Source of the DNA: Camelus ferus
Lineage: Eukaryota
Reading direction: 5' to 3'
Length of the DNA: 64,000 nucleotides
Assembly (NCBI RefSeq): GCF_009834535.1
Contig: NC_045696.1
Span: forward strand, 56,298,001-56,362,000
The first letter of the stretch is position 1. Each line of letters opens with the position of its first letter. The notes under the pieces were generated by a model that ran no database searches, was not told the DNA's origin, and was given only the letters and a program-made list of their open reading frames with translations. Of the stretch, positions 14,390-27,160 are shown piece after piece. The position numbers were made by a program, and so were the translations under genes.

Positions 14390-14830
14390 CAAAGCTCATT
14401 CTGTTCCAGCCACACTGGCCTTTGCTGTTCCTTGAACAACACAGGCATTCTCCTTCCTCAGAGCCTTTGATTTGCTGTTCCCTCTGCCTGGAAATCCCTT
14501 CTTGCAGCAAACACATAGTATGTCCTCTCTCCTCTCTCAAGTGTGCTCAAATATCACTCTATTTAAAATTGCATCCTTCATCTCCCAAGACTCTCTGTTT
14601 TCCTTCTCTGATTTATTTTTCTCCTTTGTGCATTTCACTTCTAAACTAAAAAATGTATTTATTTTGTTTATTTTCAGTCTCCACCATTAGAACTTAAGAC
14701 CCACAGAGTCAGCAGTTTTGTCTTATTTGTTTTATTTATTTGTTTCATTTATTTTATTCTTCACTAGATCCCCAATAGTTAAAATAGTGTTCAGCACTTA
14801 GTAGCTGCTCAATAAATATTTGTTGAATAA
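14390..14830 (+). mobile_element. L2 LINE 3' end
   Basis: ccagccacactggcctt...ctgttccctctgcctggaa...gctcaataaatatttgttgaat terminus. Confidence 0.8.
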
Positions 14831-15477
14831 TTAAATTGTCATCTATACAAAATTGATGTAACATACATATCATTCTGGAATTAACTTTCGTATTGAAGAA
14901 TACATCTTAGATATCTTTTCATGTTGGTATATATATATATATTTTTTCTCATTCTATTTAACTACTATATAATTCTTCAAAGTAGTATGAATCCTAGTTT
15001 AATTAGTTTTTCTTTAATAGACATTTGAATCATTTCCAATTTGTTGCTATCACAAACAACATGTAATATAACATATTCATCTTCATATAATTGTGGTTTT
15101 CTTGCAGGGCTTAAAATTTGAGTATTGAACACTTAATTTTATATATTTACAAAATCCATCCAGTTATTCTGCTAAATTTTCTTATAAATTCAATTAATTT
15201 ATTTGTGGGTTATTTTGTTGTTTCACCTGCAAATAATGAGTTTGTTTTCTCCTTTCAAGTTCTTGTCATTTTATTTCTTTTCTTATCTTAAATTTACTGT
15301 CTTAAATTTAGAATGCCCAGTCTAATATTGAACAGCAAGAATCCTTAACTTATTCCTGGTATCAGAGGGGAACTTTTAACATTTCACAAGTGAGTATTAT
15401 ATCCATGTAGGGTTTCTGTTGAAACTATCAGATTAATTATGTTCACTTCTATTCCTTATTTGAAAAAAATTCTGACG

Positions 15478-16127
15478 TTCTTCAAAAAACTAAAGATAGA
15501 AAGAACTATCATATAATCTAGCAATTTCACTTCTGGGTAGATATCCAGAAAAAAATGAAAACACTATTTCGAAAAGATACATGCACCCCAGTTTTCATAG
15601 CAGCATTATTTACAATAACCAAGATATGGAAGTAACCCAAATGCCCATCAACAGACCAAATGGATAAAGAAGATCTAGTATATATATCGAATGAACTGTT
15701 ACTCAGCTACAAAAAAGAATGAAATTCTGCCATATCCAGCAACGTGGATAGATCTAGACATTATGCTTAGTGAAATAAATCAGACAGTGAAAGACAAATA
15801 TTGTATCACTAATATGTAGAATCTAAAAAATAATACAAATGAATGTATATGCAAAACAGAGAGAGACTCACAGATGTAGAAAACAAACTAGTGGTTACCA
15901 AAGGGGAGAGGGAAGGGTGGAGGGGCAAACAGGTATATGGGGTTAAGAGATACAAACTACTGTGTATAGAGTAGATAAGCAACAAGGACATATTGCATAG
16001 CACAGGGAATTATAGTCATTATCTTGTAATAACTTTTAATGGAGCATAATCTATAAAAATAGTGAATCACCATGCTATACACCTTAAACTAGTATAATAT
16101 AGTAAATCAACTATTCAATTTAAAAAT
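15478..16127 (+). mobile_element. 5'-truncated L1 (ORF2 end and 3' UTR), next to an older antisense L1 fragment at about 15200-15465
   Basis: aaagatacatgcaccccagttttcatagcagcattatttacaat and typical 3' UTR motifs. Confidence 0.88.
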
Positions 16128-18296
16128 GACATTTTAAAACTGTCAAGAATAATACGTATCCATACATTCACTAGAATTAGCAATAAATATATTTAAACAA
16201 ATAATTTAAAGTAAGATTCAAAGAAATACAAAGACCTAGGTAAAATAACTAAATTTGTCTTCAGCTCTTTCAGATTTTCTTTCCTATATTTTCTGAATAC
16301 AAACACCAGAACTATTTTCTTTAAAATGCTAATTTCATCATGCCATTCACGTGCACAAAATCTTTCAATATCTCTCTGTGCCTTTAAGAAAAATTCAGAC
16401 TCCTGAGCTGGCATTAAGATTTCTCTTCAATGTGGCAGTCCCAAGTCAATCTTTCTAGCTATTGTCTCTCACTATTTCCCCACAGGAACCTAATAAGCCA
16501 AAAGGGTCACTGAACAAGCCTTGTGCTTTCCTGCCTCTGTGCCTCTGTTCATACAGTCTCCACATACAAAGGTTTCACCAGCTCGTCCTACCCGTATCAG
16601 TTTTACTTATCTCTAAAAACTGGGCTCATAATTTCAAGTTCTGTGCAAAGACTTCTATGATTCTCAGCCCAGTTGAGTCAATTTTTTGAATTCCTACAGC
16701 AAAAAATATCCAGCTCTCCAGTTCTCAATAGTGGTGTCAGGTTGTGAGGAATGTCACCATTTGTTACCACCAAGCATTAAAGCAGGGGATTGTAAAATTT
16801 TAAATAATTAACTAATAGAAGCAATTTTAAGATTCCTTCCCACATTATTACCACCTTCCATCACTTGAGTCCTCACAGGCTTTCTAGATGGGAGCTACCT
16901 CTGCAGCACCGGCAAGTACACGTAACTGTGGGTCTGCCCAGGAGCGTGTCTCACTGTACGATTCTAAGAGCAGCATCCCGTCATTCCCTAGGCCTGCCCT
17001 TTTGCCCAGTACTCAGGGGTCGTGTTGGAGACCCAGAGGCTTGGAAGAGTTGAGAGTTCCATGCAAGGACAAAGGGGAGGGGAGGGCCTTTGAGATGACT
17101 CTAAATCCATAATAGGCATAGTTACTTGTGGGGTGGGGATATTGAGGGAAGGAGTTATCATTTGGGTGTGGAGATTTGCAGGAGGTTAACAACAAAACTT
17201 TCAGAACAGGGAGGGGTTGAGGGATGTATGGTAAAGATCGCTTTGTAACCGAAAATCCTTGCTTGGGAAAACACAAGAGGCCACCCTTGTGTTTTCAATC
17301 CCACCTTTGCGCAGAGACTGTCAGAAATAGGTGGGTGGAATTTGAGAGTGGTCAGATTTCTCAAAATTAAAGGTAACAGCAGAGCCAGAGAAATGCAACT
17401 TTTACCATTACGGTGACTATTTTATTTCAAACTGATGTGGCTTAGGACAGCATGGGTTATATTCAGAAGTGGTTTTTTTTTTTTTTTTTTTTTTTGGTCA
17501 TCTTAGGGCACACAGGAATGATAGAGAGATAAAAATAGTTATATTTAGGTGAAAAGTTATGGGCAATTTTTGTGGTGTTATAACAAACATAAAGTTTAAG
17601 TAAAATATAAAATGTTTAGTAACAAATAGTTATTATTAAGCTGTTACCACAAAATTAAGAAACACAAAAATATTAAAATGTTATTGAACTGTTACCATAA
17701 AATTATATATATATAATATATACATTCATATATATGTATGTATATATGTGTAGTTAAAGGCACACATTGTTCACATTGGTCTGGGAACGATTTCTGACTG
17801 GACACTTCATAGGTCAATGTCAGCTTCCACACCAGGCACCCTTGGCCCCTGCAAATTCTCTTAGGAAAAGCCAGTGCCGCTGGAGACAGCAGGAAAGGGT
17901 TGTATTAAGACCTGAGTGGGGAGAAGAGGGTCAGGGAGTCACTTCCTGCACACCAGGAGAAAGATAAAAGAAGAAACTAAATGATACAAGCTCTCTACCC
18001 TCAAGGTCAGCTCAGGGTAAAATTGGGTTGTAAACAGAATAGTTCAATATTTTTATCTCATTGGACCCCATTTTCTTCCATTTCTACTTTGTATCTTTAT
18101 TAAAATTATGAAAGAATGTTTCCCTTCTTTGCCACACTTAGTTCTGTTTCTTAGAACTTTCCTAGCACTGGAGCTTATACTCTGCCTGTTTCCTGAGCCT
18201 CTGGCTTTATTGTCAAGCTTGCACAATGCCTCACAGGCCCTCAGGAGATTCCTCCACATTAAGCTGGCCCTGAACACGCTGGCTGCCTAACCCCCA

Positions 18297-18313
18297 GGCT
18301 GCCACCTGCTGTC
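18297..18313 (-). promoter_or_regulatory. CTCF-like motif GACAGCAGGTGGCAGCC
   Basis: One mismatch to CCASYAGRKGGCRS; motif only. Confidence 0.4.
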
Positions 18314-19115
18314 TCGCCCTATAGATGTTCATTTACCGGGGACGCACCCTGACAATCTCTACAATCTCATGAATGGCATGGCCTCCTTTCCCAGGTGGAC
18401 TCGTGCCTATCATCCCTGAGAACGGGCTCCGCGCTGACCTGTAACTCATCTGACCTCAGGGGGCCCTGGGAACAGTGTCCTGCCCCAATTACAGAAAGCA
18501 GAGTGTGGCTGAGGTCAGCCCCAGGCCGCCCTTGCTGGGCCTATTGCCCTGTGGAGGATTCTTGGGGTTTCCCATGGCTTAGTCAGGCATCTCTTCAGAC
18601 TTCATGAGTATCATTCCAGTAAGCCCAGGCTGCAGTCCTCCACAAATCACATGACTCCTTCACTCCCACCCCAAGTGGCTTGCTCATTCTCAGCCTTGTC
18701 TGATGCAGTCACTAAGAAAACCTCACCTGGACTGCTGTGGTTCTTCAATGCCTATGAGAAACTCTTCATTTTGTCTTTACCTGGTCTGTCCACTACCCTA
18801 GGTGACCACAGGTATCATGGCCTGGTTAATGCTGAAGAATATTCTGAGAGCCTGACAGAGTCCCTGGCTTGGGGTCCAGCTTACCATAGTTGAGGCTTTA
18901 AGGTTAACTCTCAGGAAACTGAGGAAGTGTCAGGGCTGTTTAATGCCCCAACATTGCCAAATAATGGGTTTTCTGTTAAACACCTAAAGCATGCAGAATT
19001 TGATTAATCCCACTGTGACTTCTGGGGATGAGGCAGAGCACCCCAGAGTTTACAGACACACCACACCCACTATGAAATACTGTGACCTCAAAGTATGCTG
19101 TAGATCAGTCATCTT

Positions 19116-19351
19116 TTTTTTTTTTTAATTGTAGTAGTCAGTTACAGTGTATCAATTTCTGGTGTCTAGCATAATGCTTCAGTCATACATATACATATAT
19201 ACGTTTTCATATTCTTTTTCATTATAGGTTACTATAAGATATTAAATATAGTTCCCTGTGCTACACAGATGAAATATGGTTTTTATCTATTTTATTTATA
19301 ACAGTCAATATTTGTAAATCTTGAACTCCCAATTTATCCCTTCCCAACCCC
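19116..19351 (-). mobile_element. Short L1 3' end with 15-bp TSD, inserted at the edge of a MER5 element
   Basis: Poly-T plus reversed L1 3' UTR; TSD tagatcag(t/c)c(a/t)tctt at 19101-19115 and 19352-19366. Confidence 0.85.
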
Positions 19352-19356
19352 TAGAT

Positions 19357-19520
19357 CAGCCTTCTTATACTTGACTGTGCATGTGAATCACCTGGGGATT
19401 TTGTAAAAATGTGGATTCTGATTCAGCAGATCTGGGTGGGACCTGAGATTCTGCATTTCTAGCAAATTCCCAGGTGATATCAATACTGCTGCTCCAAGGA
19501 CCACACTTCAAGTAGCAAGA
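19357..19520. mobile_element. MER5A-like hAT MITE
   Basis: gaatcacctgggga...gattctgattcagcagatctggg...tgcatttctagcaaattcccaggtgat...ggaccacactt. Confidence 0.8.
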
Positions 19521-20614
19521 CTCTGAAGGAAGCCAAGCAGATGGCCAATATTCTAGGACATGATTCCAAATTATGTCATTCTATGGACAATTTGCTTGCA
19601 GCTGGAAAGGAAGTCATCTTTGAGACAAATGGAAATGGCCTTCATTCACTTTGCCACTTTCCCCAGATAGATGACATTTCTTTGGGAGTAAGCAGAGATA
19701 AGGGAACAGATTAGTGTCCAAGAGGAATCCAGCCATATGTCAGTATTTCCACACCATGGCACATTACCTCCTCAAATACTCACCTAAACACACCCCATTT
19801 CTCACCCACCCAGCTAGTGAGTCAGCTCTCAAGGCCCTAGGACAGGGCAGAAGAGAGGATGTGAAATTGCTCAGTAACTGCATAATGGTTAGTTTTGACA
19901 GCTGGGATTTTCAGAGAAGGTAACAAGGATCTTTTCAACCTCCACCTGCTGTCCAGGTGGCAGTTGGCAGCTCACTGGGCTGGGCACTATGGGGATCAGA
20001 AATAAATAAAACCTTGTCCCTCTTCTCTAGACATTTGCCGCCTAGTGAGGAAGACACATGAGCAAATAATGATGGAATGATGTGTTAAGTCTTCAGAAGT
20101 CTTATGACAAATATCTATTTTGAACATACCCAGTGAAAGGGTAGGGCTAAAGTTTGGGAACGGACTTAGAAAAGGCTTCACAGAAGAATGGCATGGGAGC
20201 ACAGGAAGGTGGCCTAACCAGAGTATCCCAACAGGCCTCCTCACGAGGAAAGCTAGGAGGAGAGGACAGCTCCAAAGAAGAGTCCCCTGGATCAAGGTTT
20301 TCCAAAACACACATCAGGAAGGAGATGGAAAGTGGAGCAAAGGCCCTTGCTTAATATTAGTTAAATATTTGATCAGATAGAACTCCTCATGAGGTATGAG
20401 GGTTTTCTCTTTTCACTTTTAATGTTTCTCTGAGTGATGTTAGAAGTATTTCTAGTAAAGTTGAAGGCAGATAAGAAAGAGTTGATTGCTGTAATGAAAG
20501 GGGGCATTTACGAGCTTCTCAAAGATCTTTGCCCTAGAAAGACATGGAAATCAGGCAGCAGTGCTCCAGGGACAGGCTGATGCAGGGCTAGCTGCAATAG
20601 TGGAAGAGGGTGTA

Positions 20615-20633
20615 ATTGCCATCTAGTGGCCCA
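20615..20633 (-). promoter_or_regulatory. CTCF core motif GGCCACTAGATGGCAAT
   Basis: Close match to the consensus CCASYAGRKGGCRS; motif only, no binding data. Confidence 0.6.
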
Positions 20634-21529
20634 AACCCAAATGTGAGCCCCAGTCTAGGCACCTGCAGTCTCTTCAGGTATGGAATCATCATAGTCTATA
20701 CATGTCATTTAGTATAACCTCCTTTGTCCTCTTCAGAGTCCTAGTGCCTGAGGTGGGTTACCAGAGAATATTGATCCAACTGTGCAAATGTCAAATGAGC
20801 AGTATACACATTAATTCATACTAAAGTGTAAAGGCTTACTCAAAAAATGTCAGTGACTGATCCTGTGCCTGCGTCTAATTTGAGGAGAGAAATTGATGGC
20901 GGAACCAGAGAGCAGGAAAAGCAGGGGTGGGGGCAAGGGAGTGGGTTGTCCCCAGAGAAGAAACAAATACAGGAAGAGGCTGCTGGAGCAGCAGCTGCCT
21001 TTGATTTTACTTGTTTACCTTCCTGGGAAGGGGCAAATAGAAGCTGCTCATGATATTATTTTTAGAGCTACTTTCAAGCAGTGTGGCTAGAAAGGGCTGT
21101 GGTGCAGTTTGGCTATGAACATTGTTTAGCATGCCTAGTTTTCTTATAGAAGGGCTTTGTTCCTAGGTGCACCACCATGTTAAATTAAACACTCTGAAGA
21201 AAAGAATTCCCTATCAGTGCCCCCTGAGTGATTTGGGGTGGCTCCTCTGGCCCTGGCATGGTGCCAGTTGCGGGTGGTCTGTTTCACTGTTTCCTGCTGG
21301 ACTCCACTTCTCCAGGGTCCCTTGCTGTTTGCCAAATTCTTACAATGAGAGAGAGCCCAAGGGCTCCTTCTAGCCTGTGAAGAAGGTATTTTTGGATGAG
21401 GAGGCTGTAGTGAGGCTGAGCCTTTCCAGAGCAGGTGAGAGAGAGGCCAGGGTGCATATGACACGGAGGGAGAAGGGGCAAGGACTGGGGATTTGATAGA
21501 CAGACAGACAGACACAGCTCTCATTCTGG

Positions 21530-21690
21530 CTCCTTATGACCCATATGACCATTTAGGCAAGTTAGCTCATCTTTCTGGTCTTAGTTTCCTTTTCTATAAA
21601 AAAGAGATTAAAAACAATGAGTGTTACGTGAAGATTTAAAGGGGATAAGAAATGTAAAGCACAAAGTCTGGCACCTAGTAGGTGCTCCAT
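21530..21690 (+). mobile_element. MIR SINE
   Basis: ggcaagttagctcatctttctggtcttagtttccttttctataaa...ctggcacctagtaggtgctc. Confidence 0.75.
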
Positions 21691-22194
21691 CATTACCTTC
21701 AAATCTCTTCTAATCACCCCCATTTCCTTCGCTGCACCTCCCTACCTTCTGTTGGAAGCGTACCTCAGGCTCCAGTGTTGCTCCAAGATCCCCGTCTTCT
21801 AAGAGTTCTCTTTTGGTGCGAGACAAAAGGATGTGTTACAGCTGAAGCTTCTGAGTGCTTCCAGGTGGGGGGCCTCCTCCTTGCAGAACGCCCGCCTCCT
21901 CTCTGGAACCACTTTCTCCCTCCCCGGCTCAGGCTCAGGTGCGGGGAAAGGGCTTCTTACCGAAAGCCGAGGGGTGCGTGGCTCAGTCTGAGCGAGACAT
22001 GTTCTTTCCCAGAGCCCTAATTCTTTGGTGTCATTTCCAAAGTGGTTCTTCTCACTTTCTGAGTGTTAAAACCTCAAAGATTTTAAGCATCTTGGCTTGA
22101 AGGATAGATCCTAGAGACAACCTCAGCTGCTTTTAGTTTGGGCTGGGATTTCTCATATTTAAGTAAGTTACAGGCCTCTCTCAATTTGGTAAAA

Positions 22195-22469
22195 GAGAAA
22201 TAACAAAGAATCTACCATTTTAACCATTTTTAAGTATAAAATTCAGTGGCAGTAAGTGCTTTCACATTGTTGTGCAACCGTCACCCCATCCCTCTCCAGA
22301 ACTTTTTCATCATCCCATACTGAAATCCCATACCCATTAAATGATAGCTTAAATTAATTCCCCTTTCCCCACAACCCCTGGTAACACTATTCTACTTTCT
22401 GTCTCTATAAATTTGACTATTCTAGGCACTTCGCATAAGTAGAATTATACAATATTTGTCCTTTTGTGT
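22195..22469 (-). mobile_element. Old L1 (L1MB-like) 3' UTR fragment
   Basis: ttaaccatttttaagt...cattgttgtgcaacc...ccagaactttttcatcatccc...ctactttctgtctcta. Confidence 0.8.
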
Positions 22470-22482
22470 CTATACAAGCCTC

Positions 22483-23589
22483 TTTTATTTTATTTTATTT
22501 TTTTAACATTTTTTATTGATTTATAATCATTTTACAATGTTGTGTCAAATTCCAGTGTTCAGCACAATTTTTCAGTCATTCATCGACATATACACACTCA
22601 TTGTCACATTTTTTTCTCTCTGAGTTATCATAACATTTTGTGTATATTTCCCTGTGCTATACAGTGTAATCTTGTTTATCTATTCTACAATTTTGAAATC
22701 CCAGGCTATCCCTTCCCACCCTCCACCCCCCTGGTAACCACAAGTCTGTATTCTCTGTCTGTGAGTCTATTTCTGTCCTGTATTTATGCTTTGTTTTTGT
22801 TTGTTTGTTTTTGTTTTTGTTTTTTAGATTCCACATATGAGCAATCTCATATGGTATTTTTCTTTCTCTTTCTGGCTTACTTCACTTAGAATGACATTCT
22901 CCAGGAGCATCCATGTTGCTGCAAATGGCATTATGTTGTTGGTTTTTATGGCTGAGTAGTATTCCATTGTATAAATATACCACATCTTCTTTATCTAGTC
23001 ACCTGTTGATGGACATTTAGGCTGTTTCCATGTTTTGGCTATTGTAAATAGTGCTTCTATGAACATTGGGGTGCAGGTGTCATCCTGAAGTAGATTTCCT
23101 TCTGGATACAAGCCCAGGAGTGGGATTCCTGGGTCGTATGGTAAGTCTATTCCTAGTCTTTTGAGGAATCTCCACACTGTTTTCCATAGTGGCTGCACCA
23201 AACTGTATTCCCACCAGCAGTGTAGGAGTGTTCCCCTTTCTCCACAGCCTCTCCAGCATTTGTCATTTGTAGATTTTTGAATGACGGCCATTCTGACTGG
23301 TGTGAGGTGATACCTCATTGTAGTTTTGATTTGCATTTCTCTGATAATTAGTGATATTGAGCATTTTTTCATGTGCTTTTTGATCATTTGTATGTCTTCC
23401 TTGGAGAATTGCTTGTTTAGGTCTTCTGTCCATTTTTGGATTGGGTTGTTTATTTTTTTCTTATTGAGTTGTATGAGCTGCTTATATATTCTGGAGATCA
23501 AGCCTTTGTCGGTTTCACTTGCAAAAATTTTCTCCCATTCCATAGGTTTTCTTCTTGTTTTACTTCTGGTTTCCTTTGCTGTGCAGAAG
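22483..23589 (-). mobile_element. Young 5'-truncated L1 (about 1.1 kb) with an uninterrupted ORF2 C-terminus and a perfect 13-bp TSD
   Basis: ORF 22995..23597 (200 aa; [18 protein letters not shown]ys-rich domain). TSD ctatacaagcctc at 22470-22482 and 23590-23602. Confidence 0.95.
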
Positions 23590-24329
23590 CTATACAAGCC
23601 TCCTTTAAAGGAAAAATATATGTATTACAGACTGATTCTATCACCTGTTCTCAGGTTACACACGCACCTGCACACATGCACACGTATATATAAAAGTAGG
23701 TATAGATTCCTATGTGTATAGTTCTGTTTACAAGTTAGGCAATTAGAAAGCCAAATCATCAAACTAAACCTAAAAATCCACAAAATCCTATATAATTAAA
23801 TTTAATGTGAGAGATGATGTTTTGCAAAACCCCAAAGTTGTTTAATAATAGAAGGAGTTTTGGTTCTGGTTCTATGTTTAGTTTCTGTCTGCATTTTGAC
23901 TTCAATTATTTTAATGCAGAGAATAACTGTATGCAATAAGCATATTATAGAAAATGTTACTAGTACCATCAAAACTTGTTTTGATGGTGCAGGATAATCC
24001 AACCACACAATGAAACATAATGATGCCAGCAAGCAAGTCCTGAAGACTAATTTTAATAAAGTTTTACTAGATAATAATGTAAAATTATCTTTTCTTAGAG
24101 ATAAGATTAGCATTGTGATGTTATTGAAATCTGAATTAAAGGAGGCATCTCATCTAATTCTTATTAGAGTTTGGAATGAAAAAGTCCTTTATCACAATTA
24201 CCTACCATACTTACTGCTACTAAACTGTTGCAAGTTGGTACATTCAAAGATCAACTCTGAGCAATAGAATCTGAATATAAAATCAACTGCTATGGCAAGG
24301 TCCTCTTGAATCTAGCATGCTTATAAAAC

Positions 24330-25084
24330 TGTTTCAATCATCTATTGCCATGAAATAAACTATACCCAAATTAGTGGCTAAAGCAACATTTATTTTGCTT
24401 GGAAATCTATGTTTTGGGTTGGGCTTGGTAGGTACAGCTTGTTTCTGCTCTACTAGGACTTACCTGGGGTGGCTCGAAGACCAGGAGCTAAAATCATCTA
24501 ATGCAGAGGTTGATAAACTTTTTCTGTAAAAGATAGTAAATTATTTTCACCTTTGCAGACCATAGTTTTTGTTGTAACTACTAAACTCTGCCCTTGTAGC
24601 ACAAAAGAAGCCATAGGCAAATAAGCGAGTGTGGTTGTGTTCCAATAAAACTCTATTAATAAAAACAGGCAATAAATCAGATCTGGACCTCAGGTCAAAA
24701 TCTGCCAATCCTTGACCTAAAAGCTTCCTTACTCCCATACCTGGTAGTTGACGCTGGCTGCCGACCCTTATCTGAATCTTCCAGCCAGAATACCTCGGTG
24801 GGTCTCTCCGTGGGGCCTGAGCTTCCTCACAATATAGAGCTATGCTCCAAAGGCAAGTATTCAGAGAGGAAGAGCCAGGAGGAAGCTCTGTCTTTTTTAT
24901 GACCTAGCCTGAGAAGCCATGCATCATCACTTCAACCGCACTGTTTCCCGAAGCAGTCACAAAGGCCCACTGAGGCTGAAGGGGAGGAAATGAAAGCTCT
25001 ACTTCTTGATGGGGTAGTGACAAGGTTCTGGAAGAGCATGGGACCAGGGATATTGCTGAGCCCGTTTTTGGACAAGTCTTCCAC
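24330..25084 (-). mobile_element. MLT1 (ERVL-MaLR) solo LTR containing a nested MER58 element
   Basis: tctattgccatgaaataaactatacccaaattagtggctaaagcaac start; gagcttcctcacaat; ttttatgacctagcctgagaagcc. Confidence 0.75.
24504..24714. mobile_element. MER58A-like hAT-Charlie MITE nested in MLT1
   Basis: cagaggttgataaactttttctgtaaa...gtgttccaataaaact...tgccaatccttg termini. Confidence 0.8.
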
Positions 25085-26822
25085 CTTTACCATCTACCAT
25101 GTGATGATTCAATTCTCCCCCTAGTTTTTTACATTCAAATCATTTCAAAACCCTTGCTTAAACCCTTGCTTGATGTCATTTGAGCTTCATTTGTTATGAA
25201 GACATTCACAAATACAACTGGTACTGAAATTTCTTGGAGCTGTTCTAAGTCATCTAGATTCAGGACAAGTTAAAATTTATTTTTATATTATCATTAAAAT
25301 AAAAAGCCAATTTCAAAAAAAACTCAAAGAGATCTTGTGGTTCTTTGAAAATATTGTCTCCACTTGAGAAGCACTGATTCAAGACTTAGGCCGTAGGGGA
25401 AAACAAACAAACACGGACCAGTCCAACTTCCTGGAGTGAAGGTCGAAAGTCCTGTAATCACGGGCTGTGTGCACTTGCTCTAAGAGTCCTCTCCCCACAG
25501 CTCCCCGGGGAAGCTGTAGGTCAAGGATTTGGTCTTTTTTCCCTCAGAGACACCAGTAACAGCCCCTCATTGTTTTTAACCATTTTCAGCTGCATTCTGG
25601 CTCTTCCGAAGCCTCTGCACAGCAGTGTGAGAAAAAGTTCTCTTCTGCCTTTATAACTGGCTGGAATTCAGATCGACATGCCTTAGCTTTGTAGATCATC
25701 TTCCAAAAGCCTTTCTTAGGGTTTTGCTTGGCATCCGACCTGGAGGACTGGATACCTGATGGAGGTAGAAGAGCAGGCATGGGAAGGAACTTTTACCTGC
25801 TTAACCATCTGACTTCTCTTTCTTGGTTACCCGAACAAATAGAGCTTAAGGATGCTGCCCACTCTGACAAAGCCTTGCTGAGATCTTCCTTCAACATTTC
25901 AAATGGTAGAAGAAGACGTGGGAAGCATGTCTTCAAGTATGGAATGCCCCTATTCTGAGAACTGGAGGTGGTTAGACTGAGACGCCATATCTGAAATCCA
26001 TAGGGAACAATGCAAGCACACCACAGACCTCAGTGTCAGGCAGGATGGTGGTTAATAGCATGCACCTCTCACACCCATGTGTCTTTTTTCTGGGTTGTTA
26101 GGTGTTGAGCTTTTCACATTTGGTCCAGGGACTGAGGGTAGGGTACCCAGCTGGTGTGGGGCTTCGGAGACCTTTACTGAGCAGCAAGAAGGGAAGGAGT
26201 GGCATATCCTGAAGGTGGGGCAACACTTGGTTAAAGCTAATTTGCTGTTTCTGTTGCACTGGTAAGTGAGGGGCTGAGCTGTGGGCCCTCCTTTTCTCCT
26301 GTACATCTTGGTAAGAGGTCTCTATCTTAAGATGCTTTCCTCTTTCCTACTCTTCATTCCCCTACTAACAGCCAGACCTCCTCTCTGTGACTCATGTACT
26401 CGCTGTAGAGATAATTCTGATGTCAGAAGCAGAGACCATTGATTTGAAAGAAGGAAAGCAATGACTATTCAGAAACAAGTCTCCTCTCATCATGCAAATA
26501 CCTCTAATTAAGAAATCCAGATTCTGTGTCATGGAAACATAATTTCCTTTGACTCAGAGGATTCCAAGAATTGCTGCAGGCTATCAAACTTCCTTGATTT
26601 CCTGGGTTAAATGGCTTTGCCTTTTGCTCTGAGTTTTCTTGAACAAAAGTGAATTCAGTCTGACATTTGTGAAATATCTGGCATGTGCCAGGAGTGGTCC
26701 TAGTGACTTGAGAAATAGGTATGAACAACAGAGTTCCTACTGTCAAGGAGCTTACAACTAAACAAAATAACCTTTAAGTGGTAAAACTCTGAATGCTATG
26801 GGAATCCTGATAGAAAGAACAC

Positions 26823-27135
26823 CGTAATGGGTTGAATTGTGTTCCTCCAAAATTTATATGTTGAATTCCTAACCCCCAGTACCTCAAATGTGGACCGCAT
26901 TTGGAGCTAGGGTCTTTACAGAGGGAATTAAGTTACAGTGAGGTCATTAGGCTGCACACAAGGGAGAGAGGCCTGGGACACATCCCTTACAGCCCTTAGA
27001 AGGAATCAGTCCTGCCAACATCTTGATTATCTTGATTTTAGACTTCTAGTTTCCAGAACTGAGACAATAAATTTCTGTTGTTTAAGTCTCCCAGTTTGAG
27101 GTACTTTCTTACAACAGCCCTAGCGAAATAATAGA
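26823..27135 (+). mobile_element. MLT1 (MaLR) solo LTR, internally deleted
   Basis: gtaatgggttgaattgtgttcctccaaaatt...aataaatttctgttgtttaag...acagccctag. Confidence 0.85.
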
Positions 27136-27160
27136 CACTCAGTGGCCACCTTCTGCTTTT

